A stretch of DNA of 64,000 nt from Octopus vulgaris (lineage: Eukaryota), in contig OX597815.1 of assembly GCA_951406725.2 (NCBI GenBank), positions 187,612,001 through 187,676,000 of the forward strand, in the 5' to 3' direction. The notes beneath the pieces were generated by a model. It was not told the origin of the DNA. It ran no database searches and worked only from the letters and a program-made list of their open reading frames with translations. The position numbers and the translations under genes were made by a program. Positions within the stretch are counted from its first letter, which is position 1. Each line of letters begins with the position of its first letter. Positions 1 to 12,706 of the stretch are shown here, piece after piece.

Positions 1-193
1 GCTCTGTGTTTCTTTCAATTAATTTTAAATATAACAAAGAATTTAGTAAAATAACTTAGTTATCATTCAGCTAGTGTTAAGAACATTAATTGTGATTAAG
101 GTTTGGTGGAAGATTTTAATTCAAAACTTACAAAAACAAGACATTTGTACTACAGAGCCAGAGCCGGTTTCAGCCAGGTTGGTAATGAAAGGG
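1..193. mobile_element. TTAA-flanked piggyBac-like MITE, family 1 (right part; cut by window edge)
   Basis: Ends ...GAAAGGG|TTAA (194-197). Body is nearly identical to 30175-30384 and, reversed, to the array at 57163-58391. Confidence 0.8.
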
Positions 194-545
194 TTAAATA
201 TGTATTGTCTCATAGCTTTAAGATTTCAATTATGTGATTGCTTATTTTTAGAATGACATTGTAGGGTAGGTGTGAGAGGCTGCATTTGACCAGTCTAAAC
301 AAAACAAATAGTATGTTTGGGCTAGATATGGTTGGTTTAAATGCAAAAGGGTAAAATTTCCCACTTGTCTTATAACTTCAGAGTCATGTGGTGTAAGAGG
401 CCCCTTACTCAAAAAATAGGTAAAGATTGGCACCAGGAAGTGTATCCAGCTATACCTAAAACATTACCTTAGTAATATACTTGTCTCCCCCATGCTAGCA
501 TAGAAAAGCAGTCATGAAACAAACAAACACGTATATATATATATA

Positions 546-930
546 TACTAGCAGTATCACCCGGCATTGCTTGGATTTGTTTCGACCCTTTAGAATTGGA
601 ATTTTTGAAAAGTAAAAATTTTGCATTATGTAGCTTGTTATTCTCTTTAAGTGAACATTTCTGGTTTGAAATACACCACAAAATGGCAACACAACAGTTA
701 AAAAATCATAAAAAATAGGGATTTTCATAGAAAAAAAAGCACCTTTTTGATGTAAATAATTTTTAGTGTTAACATGGTCCGATTTGAATTTTTTCTTCTA
801 CAGAAGGAAGAGCAAGCCTTCTTCTATCATACTCTCAATTTTGGTCAACTTGCACCGCAGGGTCTCGGAGGAGATAGTGTTAGTTGAAGGCTACCAAACC
901 TGCCATACACAGACAACTTCAGCTTTATAT
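546..930 (+). mobile_element. Non-autonomous Helitron/Helentron-like element
   Basis: Starts TACTAGCAGTATCACCCGG, ends ACAGAC...CTTTATATATA, and lies within a (TA)n tract. Class assignment is inferred from this terminal architecture. Confidence 0.55.
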
Positions 931-939
931 ATATATATT

Positions 940-976
<37 letters not shown>

Positions 977-1859
977 ATATATGCTTGTTCGTTATATGTA
1001 TTATTTTCCTTAGTAACAAAGTGTAGTACCCATGATATCTAAGAGAACAACAAGATTATGTATTTCTGTATACGCACACAAACACACGCACATATATTTA
1101 TTTGCACTTCACAGTGGAGGTACACAAGCATACGTTTGATGAAATAGATCTACATTGAGAAATAATGATAATATATTTCCATTTGCTTTATGAATCTCTC
1201 CCTCTCTCTCTCGCTTTGTGAAAGAGTATTGTAACTTAGCTAGCTATAAGATACTGTAATTTCTGAAACCAAACAAAGAAATATGCCTGCTCTTTCAGAA
1301 GAGAACAGGTAAAATCAATAATGTGTATGAAGCCAAATCATTTGAAATGGAGAATTTATTGGCTTGACCCAGAACTTATCTTTTATCTTGATCACTATTA
1401 TCATACATTTCAGATAATCAGATTGTATTTAATTTTAAGAGACGATTCTTTGATAATGAATACTAGGTACTTGGGAAGCATTATACTCTATCTGTTTTTA
1501 TCTTTGAGGCTATGGAAACTAGAAACAAAAGCAGTAATGCTTCATGATCAGATACTGTCAGCAAGGTACTGTTTAATGAGTTTTAAAAATATAAATATTC
1601 AACTAAATCAATAACTTATAATGAAAAGATATTCTCGTTAGTAAAACAAAAATTAATATCTAAGTCAAACTGAAACATAAAGAACAATTGACAGACACAA
1701 ATACCTTGAGACATTTCTGAACTTTAAATAAATACAACAACCTTGGAAAATTCTGTTTAAAAGCCAATATACAATCATTCATAGAAAAATGAATGATTTC
1801 ATTCTTGAGTTCATCATTTCGACTTCATTATCTTGATCATATGTATAAATGTGTATGTA

Positions 1860-2190
1860 TACAAATATATATTACATTATATATATATATTATATTATAT
1901 AATATTACATATTAAATATTATATAACATTACATATTATATATTATATAATATTATATATTAAATATATTATATAATATTAAATATATATTATATAATAT
2001 TATATGTATTATTATTATATGATATTAAATATATATATATTATATTATATATATATATTATGTATATTATATTATATGTATTATACATATATATATAGAT
2101 ATACACATATATATACATATATATATATATACATATATATATATAGATATATATACATATATATATATACACATACATATGTATATATAT
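1860..2190. repeat. AT-rich low-complexity / (TA)n compound microsatellite
   Basis: Direct inspection. Confidence 0.95.
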
Positions 2191-2534
2191 GAAATTGTAG
2201 TTGATGATTAGAAACAAAAGGAGCCACAATTTCAGCAAGGTATGCATTCCATCAAGTAAAGGGTATATTAATTTATTTGATAAGTGACTCTTGCAGGACT
2301 GCTTCTCTAAGAGTCACTTATCACTATAAATAATCCTGCTGAGCTCAATAAAATAAATGTAGCAGTCAAGTACAGGGGTTGATGGTATTGAATTAAAACT
2401 CTTTCCCAAATTGCTTGCCTTGTGAACTAATCAGAATCATTTAATATATATGTGTATATGTGTGTGTTAAATAAAATGAGACAACAAAGCTAAGGCAGTG
2501 TGAAATTTCTAGGACATTTATAAAGAGAAAGGTA

Positions 2535-2582
2535 GCCTTACAGCTGTTTCAGGGATATGAAGGATATCACATCATCAGAGAC
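2535..2582 (-). ncRNA. Minimal type I hammerhead ribozyme motif (Penelope-like terminal fragment)
   Basis: Minus strand: GTCT-CTGATGA-T-GTGATAT-CCTTC-ATATCCC-T-GAAA-C-AGCT-G-TA-AGGC. Canonical core, stem I GTCT/AGGC, stem II with one internal mismatch, palindromic stem III loop. Confidence 0.75.
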
Positions 2583-3031
2583 AATATGAGAGAGTTAAAT
2601 AGAAGGAAATAGTAGAGTTCAATATAAGAAGTTATTTTGGAAAGGGAGAAATATAAGAAGTATAAAGAGAACTATGAGAATAAAAATAAATGTTGGATGT
2701 TACAGTTGCAGTTCCATTATTCAGAGTTACATATATATATATAAATATAAGATCCAAGGATCGAGGTGTAGTAAGAAAGTTAGTTTCAAGTTATCTGGAT
2801 CTTATTGATTCCATTTCTTAACTCTTATATATATATATACAATTTATAAACATGGTAAAAGAAAAAATGATTTCTATACCAATATGCTGAGAATAGACTT
2901 TAAATCATCAATCACCACATTACAATATACATTCACTATAAATACATGTCGTGCTGAAATCGAGGAAGGCAAGCCAAGAGAATTTTTTTTTTAATTAATT
3001 ATCTTTATATTGAATAGTAAATATATATATG

Positions 3032-3062
<31 letters not shown>

Positions 3063-3894
3063 AGATATATATACATGTATGTATAGTAATGTGTTGCATG
3101 AGATAATGGTCAACTGTTCAGTAATTGGTACAAGCACAGTACCATTACTGATTGGTTTGTTGGTTTCCGATGCTTAACCTAAATTCTTCTATTAGAGTTG
3201 ATTTACACTGCAATGGACCAACCTAGGCTGACTTGTTTACCATACTCTGTATTAAGACAAAGATAATTCTGCATGATAAAACAGCATCAACTACAAAATT
3301 CTTTACATTGAAAATTCTTAATATTTATAAAAGGTTTTATTTACTGTATTTGCCTGCTACATTTAATATAGAGAATTACATGATTCTTTTGCATAGCTTC
3401 TACAATTTTAACATCATTAGAATTTGTTTGCTGCTATCCACTTTATATCTTAAAAGGTTGCATCTGATGGTTATAGTAAGCAAAACGCAGAGCTATGGCT
3501 GTGATATCTGATATGCTAAGTGCTCAGTGTTGGATATGACTCTTATCAACATTTAGCTTCATTATACTGTAATTTATCTCAATTGCTTTACTTCTTGTAC
3601 ATCTGGTTATAAAATAAATAACAAAAGCTATATCCTTTTCGATTATACATTTTAAAAAGGAAGCTGAAAATCTGTCTTAAATTAAGTACCATTCTATCAG
3701 GCAACCACTAGTCCTTCCTCTTTATGAAGGGGAGAGAGATGAATGGTGTATGCCTAAATTCTCACAGGGCCAAAAATATTAATTTTCTAATTACTTTCAA
3801 CCAACCTTTGATATAGTTAAGTTACTAATATACCAGTCTTTGAAATTCTAAATTCTTTCCTCTTTATTAGATGAAAGTGTTTATCCAATTTTAC

Positions 3895-3939
3895 CATCAT
3901 TTCTAAAATTGGCTATCACAATTCTTTCTTCAGTATCTT
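3895..3939 (-). CDS. Candidate 45-nt internal exon (phase 1/1; xDTEERIVIANFRNDx)
   Basis: Minus-strand acceptor TTTCCTCTATTTTCAG, donor G|GTAAAA, open frame. A competing + strand exon candidate overlaps it (3934-3970). Confidence 0.25.
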
Positions 3940-4719
3940 CTGAAAATAGAGGAAATATCAAAAAGTAAAAGTGAGCTTCTATTGTTGCTAGGATTCCCTT
4001 TGAATGAATTACACTCTGCACATTAGTCAGCCTACACTGGCAGCCAATAAAAGCATGTTATACACAAGGATAATACTTTAACTCCTTCTTACTTGATTGA
4101 TCTTTTTCCATTCATTTCTCCTAATGTATTTCAATCTTTACCCAATACCAGTTAGCAACATTCATGTGGGAAAACCACAAAGTAAATTATGGCTCCAAAA
4201 TATGGAATGCTCTGTTAGCAGCCATTAGGAAAATCTCCTAAGTTCAAAAAGGAATTGAAGAACTGTCCTTTGTTTTAAATCAAATTATTATTTTCTGTAT
4301 CAAAGATAATTCACTTTTACTACCTGATGTAATTGAATGTACTAAGACACCACTGTTAAAAACATACATAGTTTATTGTCATTGTGTCAAATATTCAAAG
4401 TACACCATATTGGTGTCTCCAATTATGTCTATGAAGGAAAGTACTGTTGTCCTGATCAGCAGCTGGAAACATCCACTTTCAAATCAATAATCCTCTGTGA
4501 CTGCTCCATATTTTTTCCTTTTTTTTTTCTTTTTTCTTTTAAATATCCAAAATAATAATTTCCTAGAAACTTAATCATTAACATTTGACACTTTTCTAAG
4601 GTAACTTTTCTTCAGGTTTTGTTGTTAGTAAAAATGTTGTTTTGTAGTAACCCATGCTAGCATGGAGAACGGACGCTAAATGATGATGATGATGATGATG
4701 CCTATGGTTTATTCTACAA

Positions 4720-5273
4720 CAGAGGTTCTCAACCTATTTTGACCCTTGGAGTCACAAATGCCCCCCGAAAATATTTTTATTTTTCAATATACTACTTATT
4801 TTGATATCAGCAGATAAATGATTAAAAAATAAAGGATGTTGTTTTACATATGCACTTGTATACATTCTGGAGTATAGATGTATAAATTGAAATGCAAAAA
4901 AAATGAAATAATGTAAAGTTTGGTGAAGAGTGTGCTTTGGTACAAGAGAGCCCTTTTGCTCCAAAATGCACCCCACCCCCGAGGGGGGGACATATAGCCC
5001 CCGTTGAGAACCTTTGTTATACAATAACACATTCATTAATTTCGTTTTTGGGTTTGGTTTGCAAGATTCTTTATGTGAGTTTGTGTGTTGAAAATAAAAA
5101 TAAGAAATAAGTGGAAATTTTATTGGTGAATGTGTTAAATTATAAGGTACAAAAAGAAAATGACTCTCCCAAGACATAACAGAACATTCATTAATGTTTT
5201 CCATTTTATCCAATACTTCAAAAACAGAATTTTTTAAAGAATTGCATTGCAACCCTTAGGTTGAGAAACATTG
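4720..5273. mobile_element. hAT-like MITE
   Basis: Imperfect TIRs CAGAGGTTCTCAACCT ... AGGTTGAGAAACATTG; TSD not evident. Confidence 0.55.
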
Positions 5274-5281
5274 GCCTGTAT

Positions 5282-5950
5282 CAGGGGCTCCCAATCATTT
5301 ACTATCTATTGATCCCTTTGATTTTTATTATACTCTACTGGAGCCACATAACTATTCAATTTATTTATTTATTCTTTTATTCTTTTACTTGTTTCAGTCA
5401 TTTGACTGCAGCCATGCTGGAGCACCGCCTTTAGTCGAACAAATCAATCCCAGGACTTATTCTTTGTAAGCCTAGTACTTATTCTGTCGATATCTTTTGC
5501 CGAACCACTAAGTTACAGGGATTAACATTGGTTGTTAAGCAATGTTGGGGAGACAAGTAGAGACACACAAATACATATATATATATATGAAGGGTTCTTT
5601 CAGTTTCTGTCTACCAAATCCACTCACAAGGCTTTGGTCAGCCCAAGGCTATAGTAGAAGACACTTGCCCAAGGTGCCACACAGTGGAACTGAACTCAGA
5701 ACCATTTGGTTGAAAACAAGCTTCTTTGCACACAACCACACCTGCACCTTTGTTTAAAAAATCCTATTATGTTTTAATAATTAAATATTATTAAGAATTA
5801 TTATATTAAATAAATTGTTAAAACATTTTATGTATTGTTGATATGTAAGTAATTCATTGCAGATAAATTTTTACAACAAAATCTTATATGGACCCTCCAA
5901 GGATCATAAGGATCTCCAAGGGTCAGATGGACTGTAGTTGAGAACTACTG
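5282..5950. mobile_element. hAT-like MITE with nested SINE
   Basis: Termini CAGGGGCTCCCAA ... TTGAGAACTACTG; 8-bp TSD GCCTGTAT / GCCTTTAT (1 mismatch). Confidence 0.65.
5372..5749 (-). mobile_element. tRNA-headed SINE family A
   Basis: Reverse complement of the 10381-10793 element. Confidence 0.9.
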
Positions 5951-6191
5951 GCCTTTATAGTAAGACTTTTGGTGAAGTTACTCTGCAACCCAGGTTTGAT
6001 TCTTTATTGCTATTTCTCTGGGAAAGGTATGAACATCACAATTCCTAATGTTAATTACCTATTCCTCATTAATGAACAACTAGCTAATTATATTTATCTC
6101 TCAGGATAATTAAATACTTAAACAATAGTTTTTCACAACTGTTATCTTTAACTATCACAACTCAATACACATCAGTTTCTCATATATTCAA

Positions 6192-6538
6192 TACTAGCCT
6201 TGAGGCAGCCCTTCAGCTGGCATTCAGACCTTTGAGTTCTTCGGCTCCACTATCGGGCCACTACGCAGCCCTTTACCCTTGTGTAATGAAACTTATTTCT
6301 GCAAATGTGCTAAGCACTGATGCTGATCGTACTTTAATCAATAAGCGTAGGAGCAAGGTAAAGGCAGTAAAAATAGGGGGTCAGTGGGGCCCCAATTAGG
6401 TGGCCCTTTAGGACATTCCCTGGGATTAGGGGAGTTGCTGGTTTGAGTTTCATTGTCCTTGCACCAACAGTCTAGGAGGACTTAACGAACATAAAAATGT
6501 AACGGACAGGGAAACTTCACTCAAATTTATATTAAGAT
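6192..6538 (+). mobile_element. Second Helitron/Helentron-like non-autonomous element
   Basis: TACTAG start and GGACAG...TTTATATTAAGAT end; same terminal layout as 546-930 but a different, GC-richer body. Confidence 0.45.
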
Positions 6539-8627
6539 TACAATGAAATATTAATGTGATGGGTAGGCAGAAGAGTTGGGGTATTCATTGTGGTATATGT
6601 TCCATCTCTTTATGGTCTGAGTTCAAATCCTGCTGGGGTCAACTTTGCCTTGGTTGGTGAAAGTGTCAGAAATGAAGTATAAGACAAATATTTGCTGATG
6701 ATGTAATTGACTGATACCCTATCCTCAAAATTATTGGACTTATTATGGCTGTTAGAAATTATTATAACAATGAAATATTGTAATAAACAATTATTTTAAG
6801 ATAATTGTTTGACACAATATCTCATTGTGATAATAATCTGAAACACTTATTCTTCTCTTGGAACAAAGCCTATTGTTTCACTGTAGTGGAGTTGTGATTT
6901 GAAACCGAACTGCTAAGTAGCCAGCCAGACATTATGATCAAACCACAGTAGTTTTCATGTGATTGATTTATTAAGTAATCAATCAGTGTCAAGCCATTAC
7001 ATGATTCAATTTTCTAGAATTTTCTCCTATAAAAAGGTGGGTTTTGGTGGTAATGGCAGAACGTTGAGGCAGCCACACATTGTGTCTCTATTCTCATCTC
7101 CACATCCAACAGATTAAGACAGATGGCAGATAGCAGACAGTCGTTTTTGTCACCACGAATACAACAGAATTATTTCCCAGTTATGATTAGGCCAGCCACA
7201 GATTGTTATATCAGTAAACTTGTTGTAAACTCCAAGTAGTATGTTTCTCTCTCTGTATGTAATTATTGCTGTTAGTATTTGTAAAAGACCAACACAGTCA
7301 AAGCTCTGTGTGCAGTAATAAAATTTGTCCATTAATTGTTTGTGGGTGTTGTCAGTTATTTCTTCACGTGATCCCTGAAAAATACATTTTCATGCTGCAA
7401 TTCAGTCAGTCATCACTTCAGACCAGCCAACAACAACAACAACCACCACACTGACACAACTTACAACAGTAGTATAACTGTTTCCAAAGAATCCAGCCTA
7501 TTTTCATTAGCTCTTGGTCAAATATAGCTACGGATCAAACTTTCCTTTGTTCTGTCCTTAACCTCCTTACTAAATTTGACTAATCTTTTTGTTTTATGAA
7601 TGCCACATGATATTTCATTGACAGTGAAGTCCTATATTCAATTTCTAGCTTTCCATTTCTGTTTCATAAACTATTTCCTGTCTCGGTGCTCTAATACCAC
7701 CTGAAAATGTCAATATATTCTTTTGTATATATCAACTTATCTGAGAAAAAGAAGAAAAAAAATGTTTCCAAGAAAACATAAACAGTGGCTATTTTTGTTT
7801 GATTTATCCATTGTGCGATAAACAGGATTTTTTTTTCATCTTATATTATAAATTGATTTTACAGAGAAGTCGTATTAGCACACAACTGAGTTTATAAAAT
7901 AACTTTAATTATTAATTTTCTGCTTCTCTTTCAAATTCATTAGCCTAGTATTATGCTACAATCCAGAAAGCTGTAGAATACCTGTCTTGATATATTACAG
8001 CATCATGTTTGATATTTTATTCTTTTGTGCGTAAATAATACCAGATTCAAAACTGCAATAGGGTTAATTAAATCAACATTTATTCTCTATGCATATGACA
8101 AAAAAAAACAAAAAAACATTGTACTAGGACCAAAGCAAACTTTATTCTATAAATTTGCATGACTTGAAATGTGAATTGTCTTAATTTGATTTTATGTCCA
8201 TTTTATGTTGGACAAAATAGTATTACTGGTGGGGAAGTAACTGAGTGGATAAGTTATTACGATATTGATCTAACAGTTCATAATCCATGATTTCAGATCA
8301 ATTGTATGCAGTTTATGTTTCTGGATTTTATACATTTTTTTTTAACTATTAATTTGCTTAGCTCTCCAGAATAGGTACCAGAACATTTGGGAATGTCATC
8401 TGATGTATAACTGGTATGGCTTTATGCAGATTATGTGGTTCTATGAGGGGCTGCTGAAAGGTTCCTGGATAAAAGAAAATACAGGAGGACCAGTTTATTA
8501 TGATTTTATTCAACATATACCCCTCTCAGATTTACGCTCTTATTGCAGCAGTCCTTCAGTTTTTCTAAGCCCTGTCATAGAATTCAGCAAGTTGGGCCAC
8601 CAACTAAGCCTTTCGTGATACCCTTAA

Positions 8628-9333
8628 CCCATAAAGCGCTGGGATTTGCACTTTCATAGCATAGACTGCTGAGCACATTTTATGAAAATGAGACTACCAT
8701 GCACACATAAAAAAACAAAAAAAATGGTTAAAATATCTTCTTACTCTTTACTCTTTTACTTGTTTCAGTCATTTGACTGTGGCCATGCTGGAGCACCGCC
8801 TTTAGTCAATCAAATCGACCCCGGGACTTATTCTTTATAAGCCCAGTACTTATTCTATCGGTCTCTTTTGCCGAACCGCTAAGTGACGGGGACGTAAACA
8901 CACCAGCATCGGTTGTCAAGCAATGCTAGGGGGACAAACACAGACACACAAACACACACATGTATATATATATACATATATACGCCAGGCTTCTTTCAGT
9001 TTCCGTCTACCAAATCCACTCACAAGGCATTGGTCGGCCCGGGGCTATAGCAGAAGACACTTGCCCAAGATGCTACGCAGTGGGACTGAACCCAGAACCA
9101 TGTGGTTGGTTAGCAAACTACTTACCACACAGCCACGGTGGTAAGTTTTACATCATCTGAAAAATCATTAGTTGAACTATTAGTCCTCTTGCATTCTGGG
9201 GGGTATTAGAGCGTTTGAGTAATATTAGACCCCCAACAAATGCCCGTAAATTAAATGCATCTATCTGGACCTTGATCGTGGCCTGTCGACCTGTGCCTGA
9301 CAATCATGATTGTGGCCCATTGCACTTAATGTG
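8628..9333. mobile_element. TTAA-targeting non-autonomous DNA element (piggyBac-like), family 3
   Basis: TTAA|CCCATAAAGCGC ... GCACTTAATGTG|TTAA; second copy reversed at 57533-57822. Confidence 0.8.
8741..9136 (-). mobile_element. SINE family A
   Basis: Near full-length, with (CTCTTTTA)n tail. Confidence 0.95.
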
Positions 9334-9747
9334 TTAACACCAGGAACGTTTCAGTACTCCCTTGTAAATGGTGGATATTATTATTCCCTCCAAAATTATA
9401 AGTAACCAATAAATCAACTATGAATTAAAACTGATTTATTTTAGGTTTGGTAATTATATAAGGTCAGTATGACCTTTTGGTTGTTCAGTATATAGAAACT
9501 TGTTCACTTGGCTTCCTTGTATGCTTTGTCACCTTGTTGAATTCAACATGTTATTAACATTTAGATCTTCAGTCTGTTTTAGCCAAAACAGGCTATGCTG
9601 GAGCCCTACCTTCAGTATTTTCATACTGTAAAATATTTTTTTCCACAGTGATACTGATTTGTTTTATGGTATTAATGAAACAATTTCAGACCGACTTTGT
9701 ACACATTGGAATAGTACACAGAATGAAGTGCTGCATTCAGTTTAGTT

Positions 9748-10139
9748 TACTCTTTACTCTTACTCTTTTACTTGTTTCAGTCATTTGACTGCGGCCATGC
9801 TGGAGCACTGCCTTTAGTCGAGCAAATCGACCCTGGGACTTATTCTTTGTAAGCCCAGTACTTATTCTATCGGTCTCTTTTGCCGGACCGCTAAGTGACA
9901 GGGACGTAAACACACCAGCATCGGTTGTCAAGCACAGACACACAAACACAGACACACAAACACACACATATATACGACAGGCTTCTTTCAGTTTCTGTCT
10001 ACCAAATCCACTCACAAGGCATTGGTCGGCCTGGGGCTATAGCAGAAGACACTTGCCCAATATGCCACGCAGTGGGACTGAACCCGGAACCATGTGGCTG
10101 GTTAGCAAGCTACTTACCACATAGCCACTCCTGCGCCTA
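9748..10139 (-). mobile_element. SINE family A
   Basis: Full-length reverse copy. Confidence 0.95.
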
Positions 10140-10380
10140 TGTACACATAATGTTCTGTAATAAAATCTCAGTAAAATAAACTTTGCCCCCTTTGTCATGT
10201 AAAGGAATACCAGTTGTACATTGAGTCACTCCAATTAACTAAACTCCCTTCAATTCTAATATTGATTTTGTTGTGAGCCAGAAATGGTTGTATGCCAACA
10301 AACTAACCGCCTTCCAGTACATAACAGGTAAAGAAACACTGCCCTAAGAAACTGGTGGGTGGCCTCTGTTGGTAAAAACA

Positions 10381-10793
10381 TAGGCGCAGGAGTGGCTGTG
10401 TGGTAAGTAGCTTGTTTACCAACCACATGGTTCCGGGTTCAGTCCCACTGCATGGCACCTTGGGCAAGTGTCTTCTACTCTAGCCTCGGGCCGACCAAAG
10501 CCTTGTGAGTGGATTTGGTAGACGGAAAATTAAAAGAAGCCCGTCGTATATATGTATATATATATATATGCGTGTGTGTGTTTGTGTGTCTGTGTTTGTC
10601 CCCCTAGCATTGCTTGACAACTGATGCTGGTGTGTTTAGGTCCCCCGTAACTTAGCGGTTTGGCAGAAGAGACCGATAGAATAAGTACTGGGCTTACAAA
10701 AGAATAAGTCCCGGGGTCGAGTTGCTCGTTTAAAGGCGGTGCTCCAGCATGGCCGCAGTCAAATGACTAAAACAAGTAAAAGAGTAAAAGAGT
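10381..10793 (+). mobile_element. SINE family A (reference copy)
   Basis: Pol III A box TGGCTGTGTGGT, B box GGTTCAGTCCC, CORE-like ACCTTGGGCAAGTG, internal (TA)n/(TG)n tract, (GTAAAAGA)n tail. Confidence 0.95.
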
Positions 10794-11205
10794 ACAGTTT
10801 GTTTGTCTAAGTCCTTATACTAAGTGGGGAAGAAGGTTTTGGTGGTTTAGATCTCTCTTGTTGAGGGGATTGGTGGGGGAGAGAGAGAGCTCAGTTAGTA
10901 ATGTTTTCTTTGACTTGGAGACACAGCTCTAAAATATGATTCTTTTTCTCTCGTTGGAACATAAATTAATCCAAATTTTGCAGTAATCAATGTTTTCCCA
11001 TTCACTTTCTTAGTCCTGAGTTGATGAAGTAAGAATATCTGTAGTTTTACCCATTGTGGGATCGGGGAGACCATTATTCAAATGAATGCTTTAAACAGAA
11101 GTTGGAAGAATTATTTGATTAGATATATTTTCAGTTAGTCTCATAGATGAGCCGTTTCCATTTCAGCAGATTAGCTGAAGTGGGAGGAGCTCATCCATAG
11201 GCCTA

Positions 11206-11238
<33 letters not shown>

Positions 11239-11286
11239 TCGAAAAATACCTTAGGAATGAGAGCCCAGGTTCGAAATTTCCCCAAG

Positions 11287-11331
11287 ACACCTGATGAAGG
11301 CTGGAGGGTATATCAGCCAAAACATTTGTGT
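11287..11331 (+). ncRNA. Decayed hammerhead ribozyme motif in an (AAT)n-headed short repeat (about 11208-11408)
   Basis: ACAC-CTGATGA-A-GGCTG-GAGGGTATAT-CAGCC-AAAA-CA-TTT-GTGT. Stems I and II are intact, but GAAA reads AAAA. Confidence 0.6.
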
Positions 11332-12706
11332 TAACAACAAAGATGAGGACAAATATCTGTCAAATGTAAATAATGTCCATAATTCCTCATCTCTTAGATG
11401 TAGAACTGAACAACTTGAATGTATCTGATTTTGATTGGAAGACTAAGATTCTCCATACAGTCTATATGGCATCTTATCCCAGTTTGACTGAAAAGAATTT
11501 CATGTGCGTGAAGCCAGCAGCTTGCAGATTGTATTTTAATGGTTATCATGAAATCAACCAACTATGTGTTTATACCGGTTTTGAAAGTAAACTCCTCATT
11601 TTTCCTGTTTTTACATTCTGGGTTTCAATTCTCTCAAGGTCTACTCTGCTTTTGGTCCTTTCTGGGGTTGATGAAATAAATCCCAGTTTAGCACATGGGA
11701 GAATGCAATCAATTAGTTTCCTTTTCCAGAATTTAAGGGCTTCTGACTATAATCGAAAAGATTTTTAATTTCAAAAATAAACTATTTTGCAGCTTTATGT
11801 TAAATTCATTTTGGGGGGGGCTTGCTCGATAGATATGGTTTACTTGTGAGAGCAAAAGTGATTTTATTGCTGGTTGTCCTTCTTCATGCTAACCACTCAA
11901 TGATGAAATAAAAATGGAACATGTTTGCTGTTCAGTCATGCAAAACATTGACAGCAGAGAGAAAAAAAAAGCCCAAAAAACCTGAACTTAAGACCATTGT
12001 CCAGCATTGATCAATAGTGATCAGTAAGCCAGTAGCTTAACAGTGCGTCTATTGTACCTCACTTAAACAAAACAATTTCAGAATTCATCAAATTGATTGA
12101 TTCAATTGAGTCAAGTAAAAGAGAAATCATTTTTGGGATTGGTCCTATTATCTAGAGTTCATTGGTTAAATTACTGAATAAGTGGCTTTGACATTTCTTC
12201 AGTTGTATTTTGCTCTGGAGGTTATATATTAACCTGTTTTGTTACTATAACAAATTAAATTTCTTAGGCGTGTCAAAGAGATTAATTTGTTTATACTAAC
12301 GAGATAAAAGTACAATATTTTTTTTTATAGATTTTCAATAATAAATAATAGTATATTTTTTTTTTATCATCTGAAAGGTTAACCTTTAACACAAAATATT
12401 AATTGAACTGGTTGAAAAATAAAATTGCAACTATCAGAAATAATATCGTTATCAAATCATTATCAATCGTCATTCAACATTTTAATGTCTGTTTTTCCAT
12501 ACTGGTTTAGGTCGGACAGTGGGTTGGCTATGTTTACCAAGTAGCTTATCACCAAACATCTTAGTCTTTCATCTCTAAACTTATTTGTGCTCTTCTTTTT
12601 CAACATTTTAAAAATTATCCAATTTACGTATCTTTAACTTCGCATTTTTACATATTTTTAACTTCACTTTTGTTAAGTAAATTACCCTCAACCCATACAA
12701 ATTGCA

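Larger units (their letters stand above)
8444..9364. mobile_element. Tc1/mariner-type MITE carrying two nested insertions
   Basis: TA|TGAGGGGCTGCTGAAAGGTTCCTGG ... CCAGGAACGTTTCAGTACTCCCTTG|TA; an uninterrupted copy lies at 23320-23537. Confidence 0.8.

Noticed and set aside
7150-7374. 74-codon minus-strand open frame after a TTTTTCAG acceptor
   Set aside because: No recognisable protein, it overlaps an equally plausible + candidate, and it cannot be distinguished from chance
8923-10179. Recurring ORFs such as LLSVSVYQIHSQG..EDTCPRCH
   Set aside because: Antisense translations of SINE family A
10381-10455. tRNA-like A and B boxes
   Set aside because: SINE head with no complete cloverleaf; it continues directly into the SINE body
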